Shown here: piece after piece, positions 1 to 9,718 of the stretch
Position numbering within the stretch: the first letter of the stretch is position 1
Layout: the number at the start of each line of letters is the position of its first letter
Source of the DNA: an uncultured Gemmatimonadales bacterium
GTDB taxonomy: Bacteria; Gemmatimonadota; Gemmatimonadetes; Palauibacterales; Palauibacteraceae
Direction of reading: 5' to 3'
NCBI GenBank assembly: GCA_963783385.1
Contig: CAWANJ010000001.1
Span: forward strand, 640,001-704,000
Length of the DNA: 64,000 nucleotides
Program-made: the position numbers and the translations under genes
The notes under the pieces: generated by a model
What the model was told of the DNA's origin: nothing
Database searches by the model: none
The model's input: only the letters and a program-made list of their open reading frames with translations

Positions 1-683
1 ACGGCGAAGTTCAGGTTCTGACCGGCCTGCATCTGGGAGACGGCGACGCCGATGACCCGCCCGTTCCGGGAGAGCACCGGTCCCCCGCTCGAACCCGGCG
101 AGGCGGGCGCGCTCACCTGGATGAGCGAGTACCCCTCCTTCTCCTGCCGGCGCCCGCTCACGATGCCCGTGGACATCGTGTTCTCGAGCCCCAGAGGACT
201 TCCGATGAGGACCACGGCGGCCCCCGTGTGCACCGAGTCCGAGTTGCCCAACGACAGGGCGGGGAGATGGAAGCCGGGGATCTGGATCACCGCCAGGTCA
301 CGGCGCTGGTCCGTGGCCAGTACGGTCACGTTCTCGTACACGTCCCCGGACGCCAGCTTGACCCGAATGCTGCGGGCGTCCCGGACGACGTGGTAGTTGG
401 TGACGATGCGGCCGCTGGAGTCGACCAGGAAGCCGCTGCCCTGGCGCGTGTCCGTGGGGGTGCGGACATCGATGCGGACCACGGCGGCCGTGACCTTCGA
501 CGCCAGCCGCTCCAGGGTGTCCCCGCCCGGGACAGACCCGCCGTGGGTCGTGTCGGAGGCCGCCTGGACCGGGCGTCCGTAAGCGGGTCCGGCGGAGAGC
601 GCCCCCCACAGGAGGGCCAGGGGCACCAGGACGGAGCGGGGCCTGGGCCCGCGCGCTCCGGAACGACAGCACATCCTCATCAT
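1..683 (-). CDS. Exported trypsin-like serine protease (S1C/HtrA-like), 3' end outside window
   Basis: Manual minus-strand translation (not in the ORF track): signal-like N-terminus, GSGFLV, TNYHVV (catalytic His), SPGSSGGPV (catalytic Ser), QNLNFAV; GGAGG upstream of the start. Confidence 0.85.
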   Translation of the reverse strand, partial: MMRMCCRSGARGPRPRSVLVPLALLWGALSAGPAYGRPVQAASDTTHGGSVPGGDTLERLASKVTAAVVRIDVRTPTDTRQGSGFLVDSSGRIVTNYHVVRDARSIRVKLASGDVYENVTVLATDQRRDLAVIQIPGFHLPALSLGNSDSVHTGAAVVLIGSPLGLENTMSTGIVSGRRQEKEGYSLIQVSAPASPGSSGGPVLSRNGRVIGVAVSQMQAGQNLNFA

Positions 684-955
684 CACGCCACCTCCGCGAG
701 GTGATACGGGCGGCCCGGCACGCCTGTCAGGGTCGGGGCGCGGGCTGCCCGACGACCGGGAGGGCCGCCTCGTTCCTTCATCGGCCTCCTAAGGATTCAC
801 CGCGGGCAGGGCTCCGGCGCAAGGTTCGGAGTCGGCGAGCCCTGTTCCGCGGGCGGCGCGCGGGCCTATCCTGTTGCCGTCGCACGCGGCCGCCCGGGGC
901 CCGCGCCATCCACCCCGGGCGGCGGCCCGAACCCCTGGCGCCGGAGAGCACGCGC

Positions 956-2932
956 ATGAGCAGCCTGTCCCGACTTCGCAGCTTCATCCTCCTCGCAGGC
1001 ACGCTGATCCTCCCGTGGACGGCCGCCAGGCCGGCCGCGGCCCAGCAGACGATCCCGGTCGACTCTCTCCCGAACGAGACGCCGGCGCACTTCACGCCGG
1101 TGGACTCCAGTTTCGACTACGTGCGGCGGGACGTGATGATCCCCATGCGCGACGGGGTGAAGCTCCACACGGTGATCCTCGTCCCGAAGGGCGCCAAGGA
1201 CGCGCCCATCCTCATGACGAGGACACCGTACGACGCGAGCTCCCAGGTCTCCTACGCCTACACGTCGCAGATGGGGCCGCGGCTCAACGGCTACGACAAC
1301 GCGCTCGACGTGATCCTGCGGGGCGGCTACATCCGGGTCATCCAGGACATCCGAGGCAAGTACGGCTCCGAGGGCGAGTACGTGATGAACCGCCCCTTCG
1401 TCGGACCGCTCAATCCCACGAATGTCGACGAGTCCACCGACACGTGGGACACGATCGACTGGCTGGTCAAGCACGTGCCCGAGTCGAACGGGAAGGTCGG
1501 GATCCTGGGGATCTCCTACGACGGATACACGAGCCTCACGCCGCTCGTGAACCCGCACCCCGCCCTCAAGGTCGTGGTGCCGATGAACCCGATGGTGGAC
1601 GGCTGGATGGGGGACGACTGGTTCCACCACGGCGCCTTCCGCGCGCAGAACATGCCCTACATCCTCGAGCAGGAGGCCTCGCGGACCAACGCGTATCACT
1701 GGTGGACCAACGCCTGGGACGACTACGACCTGTACATGAACGGGGTCTCGGCCGGCCAGCTCGGGAAGGAGCACGGCCTCGAGCAGGTGGGCTTCTGGCG
1801 GAAGATCGTCCAGCATCCCGACTACGACCGCTGGTGGCAGCTCCAGGCCATGGACTCGATCCTGGCCAGGCAGCCCCTGAAGGTCCCCGTGATGCTGGTC
1901 CACAGCCTGTGGGACCAGGAGGACATCTACGGCGCCCCGGCCGTATACCGCGCCCTGGAGCCCAAGGACACGAACAACGACATGGTCTACCTGGTCATGG
2001 GCCCCTGGCATCACGGGCAGGAGATCGAGAACGGGAGCTCGCTGGGGGCGCTCCAGTTCAACAGCAACACGTCACTCTACTTCCAGCGCCACATCCTGGG
2101 GCCCTTCCTGGCCCACTACCTGAAGGACGGCTCGCCCCCGGACAGCGTGGCGCCGGTCACGGCCTACCTCACGGGAGCGGACCGCTGGGAGCGGCTGCAG
2201 TCGTGGCCCTCGGGGTGCGCATCCGGGTGCACGGTGACCCCCACGCCCCTGTACCTGGAGGGCGGCATGAAGGTGGGCTTTCGGAAGCCGGCCGCCGGGG
2301 ACTCGGCCTTCGACGCCTACATCTCCGACCCCGCCAGGCCGGTGCCCTTCCGGGCGCGGCCCATCCAGCCGGTGGGCTACAGCGGGCGGCTCACCTGGCC
2401 GCAGTGGCTGGTGGACGACCAGCGCGAGGCCTCGGGCCGCACCGACGTGCTGGCGTACGAGTCCCAGCCCCTCACCGACTCGGTCCAGATCAGCGGCCGG
2501 CCGCTCGTCCACCTGGTCGCCTCGACCACGGGCACCGACGCCGACTGGGTGGTGAAGCTCATCGACGTGTATCCGCCCGAGGACGCCGAGCAGCCCGACA
2601 TGGGCGGCTACCAGCTGGCCGTGTCCATGGACATCTTCCGGGGACGCTACCGGGAGAGCTACTCGAAGCCCGAGCCCATCACCCCGAACCAGCCGCTGGT
2701 CTACACCTTCCACCTGCCCACGGCCAACCACGTGTTCCGGCCCGGGCACCGGATCATGGTGCAGATCCAGTCGAGCTGGTTCCCGCTGTACGACCGCAAC
2801 CCCCAGACGTTCGTGAAGAACATCTTCTGGGCGACGCCGGGCGACTACCGGAAGGCCACCATGCGGGTCTACCATTCGCCCTCGAACGACACCTACCTCG
2901 ACCTGCCGCTGGTGAAGAAGTCGGGCGGTTGA
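956..2932 (+). CDS. CocE/NonD family hydrolase (alpha-amino acid ester hydrolase-like), exported
   Basis: Signal peptide, MRDGVKLHT, GISYDG nucleophile motif, GDDWFHHGAF, WDQED, GPWHH; start placed at ATG 956. Confidence 0.9.
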   Translation: MSSLSRLRSFILLAGTLILPWTAARPAAAQQTIPVDSLPNETPAHFTPVDSSFDYVRRDVMIPMRDGVKLHTVILVPKGAKDAPILMTRTPYDASSQVSYAYTSQMGPRLNGYDNALDVILRGGYIRVIQDIRGKYGSEGEYVMNRPFVGPLNPTNVDESTDTWDTIDWLVKHVPESNGKVGILGISYDGYTSLTPLVNPHPALKVVVPMNPMVDGWMGDDWFHHGAFRAQNMPYILEQEASRTNAYHWWTNAWDDYDLYMNGVSAGQLGKEHGLEQVGFWRKIVQHPDYDRWWQLQAMDSILARQPLKVPVMLVHSLWDQEDIYGAPAVYRALEPKDTNNDMVYLVMGPWHHGQEIENGSSLGALQFNSNTSLYFQRHILGPFLAHYLKDGSPPDSVAPVTAYLTGADRWERLQSWPSGCASGCTVTPTPLYLEGGMKVGFRKPAAGDSAFDAYISDPARPVPFRARPIQPVGYSGRLTWPQWLVDDQREASGRTDVLAYESQPLTDSVQISGRPLVHLVASTTGTDADWVVKLIDVYPPEDAEQPDMGGYQLAVSMDIFRGRYRESYSKPEPITPNQPLVYTFHLPTANHVFRPGHRIMVQIQSSWFPLYDRNPQTFVKNIFWATPGDYRKATMRVYHSPSNDTYLDLPLVKKSGG

Positions 2933-2952
2933 CTTTCGCCCGCCGGGCCGCC

Positions 2953-2981
2953 GGGCCGCGGCGCCAAGTGCGCCGCGGCCC
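2953..2981 (+). terminator. GC-rich hairpin after the CocE gene (no U-tract)
   Basis: 12-bp inverted repeat gggccgcggcgc/gcgccgcggccc with a 5-nt loop. Confidence 0.35.
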
Positions 2982-3032
2982 CCGGAGCCGCCGACCCGCT
3001 TTCTCTCCCGCCATCCCGGAGACCGTCTGACC

Positions 3033-4985
3033 GTGTGCGGATTCGTCGTGTTCCTGGGCGAGGCCGGTCCCGACACCGCCGCGCGGCTCGACGAGGCCAC
3101 CGCGTCCCTCACCCACCGTGGGCCGGACGACCGCGGCACCTACCGGGACGAGCGCGTGCTCATGGGGCACCGCCGGCTGTCGATCCTCGACCTGACGCGC
3201 TCGGCCGCGCAGCCGATGATCGACCCGGCCTCCAGGGCCGTGCTCGTCTACAACGGGGAGATCTACAACTACCGGGAGCTGCGGGACGAGCTCGAGGGAC
3301 TCGGTCACCGGTTCCGGAGCGATGGGGACAGCGAGGTGCTGCTGCAGGCCTTCCTGCGCTGGGGTCCGGACGCCTGCCGCCGCTTCAACGGGATGTGGGC
3401 GTTCGCGGTGTGGCTCCCCGGAACCCGCCGCCTGTTCGTCTCCCGGGACCGCTTCGGCATCAAGCCGCTCTACTACGCCTTCACTCGGCGCGGCGTGCTC
3501 CTCGGCTCGGAGCCCAAGGCCATCCTGGCTATGGAGCCGTCGCTCCGCGACCCGGACGTGGTGGCCCTGGCCACCTACCTGGCGGGGGGACGACCGCACC
3601 ACGAGGGACGCACCTTCTACCGGGACGTCCGCAGCTTCCCGGCGGCGCACCACGCCTGGCTCGAGCCGGGCGATCGTCGGCTCGTGGCCACGCGGTACTG
3701 GGACTACCCCGACTTCGACCGCGGCGCCGCCTCGCTCGAGGACTCGCTCGACGAGTTCGGCGAGCTACTGGACAGCGCCGTGGGGCTCCGACTTCGGAGC
3801 GATGTCGAGGTCGGCTACCTGGTCTCCGGCGGCACCGATTCCTCGGCCATCCTGGCCTCCGTGGCGAAGCAACGCGCGCCCGTCGGACACTGCTTCACCT
3901 CCACCTACGGCGACGAGGGTCGCGGGGAGGCCGGCTGGGCGGTGCGCGCCACGCGGGCGGTCGGCGAGCCGCTGATCGAGGCCTCGTCCCTCCGGCAAGG
4001 CTGGCTGGAGACGCTCTCGAAGGTGTCCTGGCACCTGGACTCCCCCACCCCCCACACCCACGCATTTCCCCGCTGGGCGCTCCTCCGGAACGTGGCGGAG
4101 GCCGGAGTGACCGTCGTGCTCGAGGGCCAGGGCGCGGACGAGGAGCTGGCCGGCTACGCCCACTACGCCGGACGGTTCCTGGCCGAGCTCCTCCGCGGCC
4201 TGCCGCGCCACGCCGCCCGTTCGCGCCGCGCGCGCCTGGCGACGGGCGCACCGGTGGTGCGCGCTGGGGTGGTGGGCTTCGGCTGGCGGGTGCTGGTCAG
4301 CCGGGTTCTCCGGGACCTCCTCCCGGAAATGGACCCTCCCTACCGGAGACGGCGGGGAGTGGAAGGCATCCTCGACCCCGGCCTGCGGCGCGTCCTGCGA
4401 GAGGCGGCGCCAGACGTCGACGATCCGGCCGAAGGGTTCGGATCGGAAGGCGTCCCCTGGAGCGCGACGCGCCGGGCCGGACGCGGCCGGTCGGCGAGCG
4501 ACGACCGGGTCGACACGGCGGTGCACGCCCTCCTGCGCAGGGATCACGGGGCCGGCTCGCTCCCCAGCCTCCTCCAGCTCGGCGACGCCGTCAGCATGGC
4601 GCACTCGGTGGAGTCTCGCCTTCCGTTCCTGGACCACCGGCTCGTGGAGTGGTGCTTCCGGCTTCCGCCCACTCTCCTGTTCCAGCATGGCGAGACGAAG
4701 TGGCCCGTCCGCGGCTACCTGCGGCGGAGTCCGCTCGCCCCACTGGCCGACCGCCCGCGCAAGGGGGCCTTTCCCACGCCGCTCATGCGCTGGATCGTCG
4801 ACGAGGGTGGCCACGATGTCGAGGACGTGGTCACGGGCCCGGGCGCTCGCATCACGGAGTACTGCGATCGGGGCGGCATCCTTGGACTGTTCGCCATGGC
4901 CCGGCAGGGGGAGCCGGTCGTGAGCCACCACCTGTTCCGCCTGGCGTTCGCCGAGCTGTGGCTGCGGAGCTGCGTGAGCGCCTGA
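3033..4985 (+). CDS. asnB: Asparagine synthase (glutamine-hydrolysing) family amidotransferase
   Basis: N-terminal MCG, HRGPD, HRRLSILD, NGEIYN, RDRFGIKPLYY, SGGTDSS, GQGADE, ESRLPFLDH. Confidence 0.9.
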   Translation: MCGFVVFLGEAGPDTAARLDEATASLTHRGPDDRGTYRDERVLMGHRRLSILDLTRSAAQPMIDPASRAVLVYNGEIYNYRELRDELEGLGHRFRSDGDSEVLLQAFLRWGPDACRRFNGMWAFAVWLPGTRRLFVSRDRFGIKPLYYAFTRRGVLLGSEPKAILAMEPSLRDPDVVALATYLAGGRPHHEGRTFYRDVRSFPAAHHAWLEPGDRRLVATRYWDYPDFDRGAASLEDSLDEFGELLDSAVGLRLRSDVEVGYLVSGGTDSSAILASVAKQRAPVGHCFTSTYGDEGRGEAGWAVRATRAVGEPLIEASSLRQGWLETLSKVSWHLDSPTPHTHAFPRWALLRNVAEAGVTVVLEGQGADEELAGYAHYAGRFLAELLRGLPRHAARSRRARLATGAPVVRAGVVGFGWRVLVSRVLRDLLPEMDPPYRRRRGVEGILDPGLRRVLREAAPDVDDPAEGFGSEGVPWSATRRAGRGRSASDDRVDTAVHALLRRDHGAGSLPSLLQLGDAVSMAHSVESRLPFLDHRLVEWCFRLPPTLLFQHGETKWPVRGYLRRSPLAPLADRPRKGAFPTPLMRWIVDEGGHDVEDVVTGPGARITEYCDRGGILGLFAMARQGEPVVSHHLFRLAFAELWLRSCVSA

Positions 4986-5003
4986 CGCCGCCAAGTCCAT
5001 CCC

Positions 5004-5026
5004 GTGCAAGGCCTTCGGCCTTGCAC
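5004..5026 (+). terminator. Hairpin downstream of asnB, possible terminator
   Basis: Perfect 10-bp inverted repeat gtgcaaggcc/ggccttgcac followed by pyrimidine-rich sequence. Confidence 0.45.
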
Positions 5027-5075
5027 TTCGCACATCTTTTCCGTTTTCTGCACTCCGTGACGGCCCGCCGTGCCC

Positions 5076-5091
5076 GGGCATGGCGCGTGCA
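5076..5091 (+). promoter_or_regulatory. Possible sigma-54 -24/-12 promoter
   Basis: GGGCATGGCGCGTGCA has GG-N10-GC spacing, with 3 mismatches to TGGCACG-N4-TTGCW. Confidence 0.3.
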
Positions 5092-5232
5092 TAACTCAGC
5101 ATATCATTGTGGGCGATAGCGGTACACCGCCCTATCCATCACACCGTACGCATCTTGCCCTCTGCTCCCCCGGGTCCGGCCGACAGCCGACCGGACCGGC
5201 GACACGGGCACCGTAACCCCGAAGGAGAGAGC

Positions 5233-5916
5233 ATGAAGAGAATCGCGTCCGCGTTGTTCGCTTTCGCCATGGCCCTGGCCCTCACGGCCGCCCCTCGACC
5301 CGTCCACGCCCAGGGGCTGGCGATCGGCGTCGAGGGCGGCGCCACCTTCGCCGACCTGCACGTGTCCGGCGCATCCACGCAGCTCGGCCACCGCACCGGC
5401 TACCGGCTCGCCGGGGTCCTGCGCTTCGGGTTCGCCGGCCCGTTCGGGCTCGAGACCGGCGTCGGCCTGGCCCAGAAGGGCGCCGTGGCCACGCCCGCGC
5501 AGACAGGACTCACCTCCAACGTCGACTTCAACCTGAACTACGTGGAGATCCCGCTCCTCCTCACCCTGGGGATCCCGACCGGCCCCTTCCCGCTCCACCC
5601 GAGGGTGTTCGCGGGTCCGCAGGTGGGCTTCCGTAGCACCTGCAGCCTGTCCGGCACCATCTCCGGCGTGTCGGCCTCGGTGGACTGCGGTGGCGGGTCG
5701 CTGGGCACGACCAGCTTCGACACGAACAGCACCGACTTCAGCCTGGTGTTCGGTGGCGGCCTGGACTTCCCGCTGGCCGGTCCGCTGGCCTTCACGGTGG
5801 ACGGTCGCTACGACCTGGGCCTCAGCGACATCAACCCGTCGGGGAGCAGCTCCACCACCTCGACCAAGAACCGCACCTTTACGATCATGGGGGGCGTGCT
5901 GCTGCACCTTCCGTGA
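5233..5916 (+). CDS. Outer-membrane beta-barrel (porin/OMP_b-brl_2-like) protein, paralog 1
   Basis: AAGGAG RBS, signal peptide ending VHA-Q, amphipathic strands, LNYVEIPLL, DGRYDLGLSDI. Confidence 0.8.
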   Translation: MKRIASALFAFAMALALTAAPRPVHAQGLAIGVEGGATFADLHVSGASTQLGHRTGYRLAGVLRFGFAGPFGLETGVGLAQKGAVATPAQTGLTSNVDFNLNYVEIPLLLTLGIPTGPFPLHPRVFAGPQVGFRSTCSLSGTISGVSASVDCGGGSLGTTSFDTNSTDFSLVFGGGLDFPLAGPLAFTVDGRYDLGLSDINPSGSSSTTSTKNRTFTIMGGVLLHLP

Positions 5917-5978
5917 GGACCTGAGGTCTCGAGGGCGGGCGCCGCGAGCGACGACGCCCGCGGCGGCCCGCCTCTCCT

Positions 5979-6023
5979 GACTACACTTGTCGTCCGTCGT
6001 AGCTGTCGGCTACACCTGTAGTC
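5979..6023. promoter_or_regulatory. Pair of 16-bp palindromic sites, consensus GACTACA-NN-TGTAGTC
   Basis: gactacacttgtcgtc (5979-5994) and ggctacacctgtagtc (6008-6023), each one mismatch from a perfect palindrome. Confidence 0.5.
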
Positions 6024-6163
6024 GCCGCACCGCACCGCTTGGCGAAATCCGACAAACACTCGCGTCTTCCTGCAGTTCGGGATGAGACACGCGGACGCCA
6101 CGGGCCCGCAGACGCACGAGTATCCCACGTAGCATCAATGACTTGCCGATCGTCTCGCCGGAG

Positions 6164-6179
6164 AGGAACGCGATTTGCT
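6164..6179 (+). promoter_or_regulatory. Candidate sigma-54 promoter of OMP paralog 2
   Basis: AGGAACGCGATTTGCT has GG-N10-GC spacing with TTGCT at -12. Confidence 0.45.
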
Positions 6180-6293
6180 TTTTCGCGGGCCGGACCATCC
6201 GGCTCGTCCGCCGAGTTTCCACGGTACCGGCCAGGACGACGACCCGGTCAATCTCGAACACATTCCCCATTTTTCAACCTGAAGAGGTGCATC

Positions 6294-6980
6294 ATGAAGA
6301 GAGTCGCTACCGGAACCCTGTCGGCGCTGCTGGCGCTGGCCCTGTCGGCCGCCGGGCGGCCCGCCGACGCCCAGGGCCTGGCCCTCGGCGTCGAGGGCGG
6401 CGTCAACTTCTCCAAGGTCCACGTGAACCCGGCCCTCACCGGCGCCGACATCAGCAACCGCACGGGCGTGAGGATCGCCGGCGTGCTGCGCTACGGCTTT
6501 GCCGGCCCCATCGGGATCGAGACCGGCGTGGCGTGGAGCCAGAAGGGCGCCAAGGTCGCCGACCCGTCGGGCTCCGGCCTCGAGGAGAACGTGCACCTCG
6601 ACTACTTCCAGGTGCCCCTGTTCCTGACGCTGACGATCCCGACCGGGCCGTCCCCGGTCCACCCGAGGCTGTTCGCCGGCCCCCAGGTGGGCTTCCAGAG
6701 CCGCTGCAACATCTCGGCGACCGACGGCACGACTACGGTCTCGGCGGCCTGCGACTCTCCCGACCTGGGCGAGAGCGGGCTCCAGACCAAGAAGACCACG
6801 TTCGGCCTCGCGTTCGGCGGCGGCCTGGACTTCGACGTGGGTGGCCCGGTGACCCTCACCGTCGACGGCCGCTACGAGCTCGGGCTCAACGACATCAACG
6901 ACTCCGGCGTGGCCGGCGACCCGTCGATCAAGAACCGCTCGTTCTCGATCTCCGGCGGCCTGCTGGTGAGGGTGCCGTAA
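6294..6980 (+). CDS. Outer-membrane beta-barrel protein, paralog 2 (tandem duplicate)
   Basis: Shares AQGLAxGVEGG, AGVLRxGFAGP, IPTGP..HPRxFAGPQVGF and FGGGLDF..TVDGRY with 5233-5916. Confidence 0.8.
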   Translation: MKRVATGTLSALLALALSAAGRPADAQGLALGVEGGVNFSKVHVNPALTGADISNRTGVRIAGVLRYGFAGPIGIETGVAWSQKGAKVADPSGSGLEENVHLDYFQVPLFLTLTIPTGPSPVHPRLFAGPQVGFQSRCNISATDGTTTVSAACDSPDLGESGLQTKKTTFGLAFGGGLDFDVGGPVTLTVDGRYELGLNDINDSGVAGDPSIKNRSFSISGGLLVRVP

Positions 6981-7038
6981 CCCTCTGAGGCACCGAACCG
7001 GACGCGGCGCGCCGCCGCGTCACGGGCAGCAGGATGCG

Positions 7039-7066
7039 CGAAGGGCCCGCCTCGGCGGGCCCTTCG
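7039..7066. terminator. Hairpin between the convergent OMP2 and pilC genes
   Basis: 12-bp stem cgaagggcccgc/gcgggcccttcg with loop ctcg. Confidence 0.6.
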
Positions 7067-7249
7067 TCGTTACGGAGGGGGGGATCGCCGCGGCGCCTGG
7101 TCAGCAGAGAGACTATGCGCTTACGCGCACAATCAAGCTGCTGGTGCGCCTTGGGTATCTCGAGGCCGGCCGCCGGAATTCTCCGACTACCCTGGACACA
7201 CAAAACGCGCAAGGCCGATCTGTGTCGGACCCCGACAGCGTCCGACTTC

Positions 7250-8449
7250 CTAGTGAATCGCGTTCACCAGGCTGAAGATCGGGAGGTACATGGCCACGAT
7301 CATGCCGCCCACGATCGTGCCGAGGACGACGATCATGGCCGGCTCGAGCGCCTTGAGCAGCGACTCGACCGCGACGTCGACCTCATCGTCGTAGAAGTCG
7401 GCCACCTTGGAGAGCATGCCGTCCAGGTCTCCGGTCTCCTCGCCCACGTGGATCATCTGCGTGACCATGGGCGGGAACACCTCGGTCTCCTTGAGCGGCT
7501 CGGCGATGGAGCGGCCGCCGGCGATCGAGGCGCGGCTGGTCATCACGGCGTCGTGGATGACCCGGTTGCCGGAGGTCTTGGCCGTGATCTCGAGGCCTTC
7601 CAGGATGCTGACGCCCGACGAGAGCAGCGTGCTCAGGGTGCGGGTGAAGCGCGCCACGGCGGCCTTGCGGGCCAGGGTGCCCAGGATCGGGATCCGGAGC
7701 AGCGACCGATCGAAGACGAGCCGGCCGCCCGGCGTCTTGACCCAGCGCTGGAAGGCGAAGCCGAGCAGGATCAGCCCGCCCAGGAGGAAGATGCCATAGT
7801 GCTGCAGCGCCTGCGACATGGCGATCACGATCCGCGTCGGGAGCGGCAGCGTGGCGTTGAAGCTGGCGAACATCGTCTGGAAGGTCGGGATCACGAACAG
7901 CAGCAGGATCGCGATCGCCGCGATGGCCACCACCATCACCACGGCCGGGTATATCATGGCGCCCTTCACCTTGCGGGCCAGGGCGTCGTTCTTCTCCAGG
8001 AAGGTGGCCAGGCGCAGCAGGATGGTGTCCAGGATCCCGCCCGCCTCGCCGGCCTCCACCATGTTCACGTACAGGCCCGAGAAGATGGCCTCGTGCTCGC
8101 GGAGCGCGTCGGCCAGCGTGTGGCCGGACTCCACGTCGTAGAGGATTTCCTGGATCGTCTTCTCGAGGACCTTGTTCTCGGTCTGCTGCTGGAGGATGTC
8201 GAGGGCCTGCACGAGCGGCAGACCTGCGTTCACCATGGTGGCGAACTGCCGGGTGAACAGCACCAGGTCGCGGGTCTTGACCCCGCTCCCGAAGGTGAAA
8301 GAGAGCTCCTTGGGCTTCTCCCGAATGGTGATCGGGATGAGCTTCTGCCTGCGCAGATAGGAGACGACATCGTCCCGCGTGGCGAGGTCCACCGAGTCGC
8401 GGTGGATCTCCCCTCCGACGGTCCTCGCACTGTAGTTCCAAATCGCCAT
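7250..8449 (-). CDS. pilC: Type IV pilus platform protein PilC (T2SS F family)
   Basis: FTRQFATMVNAGLPL, AGEAGGILD, KGAMIYP, GEETGDLDGML, AMYLPIF. Confidence 0.95.
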   Translation of the reverse strand: MAIWNYSARTVGGEIHRDSVDLATRDDVVSYLRRQKLIPITIREKPKELSFTFGSGVKTRDLVLFTRQFATMVNAGLPLVQALDILQQQTENKVLEKTIQEILYDVESGHTLADALREHEAIFSGLYVNMVEAGEAGGILDTILLRLATFLEKNDALARKVKGAMIYPAVVMVVAIAAIAILLLFVIPTFQTMFASFNATLPLPTRIVIAMSQALQHYGIFLLGGLILLGFAFQRWVKTPGGRLVFDRSLLRIPILGTLARKAAVARFTRTLSTLLSSGVSILEGLEITAKTSGNRVIHDAVMTSRASIAGGRSIAEPLKETEVFPPMVTQMIHVGEETGDLDGMLSKVADFYDDEVDVAVESLLKALEPAMIVVLGTIVGGMIVAMYLPIFSLVNAIH

Positions 8450-8546
8450 GACTTCCTACCTCCTGTGGAGCGCCGGCGCGGGGCCGGCTCGTCGCTCCAT
8501 GTTCGGGACGGGCCCTACCGCCACGGGTGCTCCCGCCCCCACCACT

Positions 8547-9659
8547 CTAGCGCGCGGCGGCCGCTCCGGCACCGGCGCCCACCGGGCCGCCCACCATGCG
8601 CTGTAGCTCGGCCGGGTCGCTGCTCACGCGGAGCGCCTCATCCAGCTCGATCTCCCGCTGCATGTATAGCGAGTACAGACTGTCGTTCAGGGTCTGCATG
8701 CCGTGCTTCTTGCCCGACTGCAGGGCGGAGTAGATCTGGTGGACCTTGTCCTCGCGGACCAGGGCCCGGACGGCGGGCGTCGCCACCATGATCTCGCAGG
8801 CCAGCACCCGCCCCGGCTTTCCGGCCCGCGGGAGCAACGTCTGCGTGACCACGCCCTCGAGCACGAAGGCGAGCTGCGCCCGCACCTGGGACTGCTGGTG
8901 GGCCGGGAACACATCGATGATGCGGTTGATGGTCTCGGCGCACGAGTTCGTGTGCAGGGTGGCGAACGCCAGGTGCCCCGTCTCCGCGATGGTGAGGGCG
9001 GCCTGGATGGTCTCCAGGTCGCGCATCTCGCCGATGAGGATCACGTCGGGGTCCTGCCGCAGCACGTACTTGAGCGCCGAGGGGAAGCTCGGCGTGTCCG
9101 ACCCCACCTCGCGCTGGTTCACGAGGCAGCCCTTGTGGCGGTGCACGAACTCGATCGGGTCCTCGATGGTGATGATGTGGCCGCGCCGCTCGCGGTTCAC
9201 CTTGTCGACCATCGAGGCGAGGGTCGTGGACTTACCGGAGCCCGTCGGCCCGGTGACGAGCACGAGCCCGCGGGGCTTCTCGGCCAGGCGCCCCACCACG
9301 GGCGGCAGGCCCAGCTCGTCCAGCCCCAGGATCTTGAACGGGATCGTCCTCAGGGCCATGGCCACGGTGCCCCGCTGCCGGAAGACGTTGCCCCGGAAGC
9401 GCGACAGGTTCTCGACCGCGAAGGAGAAGTCGAGCTCGTTCTCGCGCTCGAAGCGCTTCTTCTGCTCGTCGGTGAGGACCGAGTAGGCCACGATCTGCGT
9501 GTCGCGCGGTCCCAGGGTGACCTCCACCGAGCCTTCCACGAGCTTGCCGTCCACACGGAACTTGGGCTTCTCTCCGGCCGTGATGTGCAGGTCGGAGGCT
9601 CCGCGCTCCAGCATCTCCTCGAGGAGGGCGCGCAGGTTGATCGGCTGCCGCTCGTCCAT
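8547..9659 (-). CDS. pilT: Type IV pilus retraction ATPase PilT
   Basis: GASDLHI, GPTGSGKST, TIEDPIE, LRQDPDVILIGEMRD, AETGHL, TLHTN, GMQTLN. Confidence 0.95.
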   Translation of the reverse strand: MDERQPINLRALLEEMLERGASDLHITAGEKPKFRVDGKLVEGSVEVTLGPRDTQIVAYSVLTDEQKKRFERENELDFSFAVENLSRFRGNVFRQRGTVAMALRTIPFKILGLDELGLPPVVGRLAEKPRGLVLVTGPTGSGKSTTLASMVDKVNRERRGHIITIEDPIEFVHRHKGCLVNQREVGSDTPSFPSALKYVLRQDPDVILIGEMRDLETIQAALTIAETGHLAFATLHTNSCAETINRIIDVFPAHQQSQVRAQLAFVLEGVVTQTLLPRAGKPGRVLACEIMVATPAVRALVREDKVHQIYSALQSGKKHGMQTLNDSLYSLYMQREIELDEALRVSSDPAELQRMVGGPVGAGAGAAAAR

Positions 9660-9718
9660 GGTCTTCCTGTGGTGGGGGGTGCCGGGGCGCCCCGGGAGGG
9701 CTCGGCGTGCGAGCCGCC

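Noticed and set aside
3033-4985. AsnB as a lasso-peptide cyclase
   Set aside because: Intact N-terminal Cys glutaminase domain and no precursor, B1 or B2 genes nearby.
7070-7249. Possible sRNA or orphan pilin enhancer downstream of pilC (TGTCGG-N3-CCGACA, IHF-like AATCAA)
   Set aside because: No pilin ORF or convincing promoter follows, so support is insufficient.
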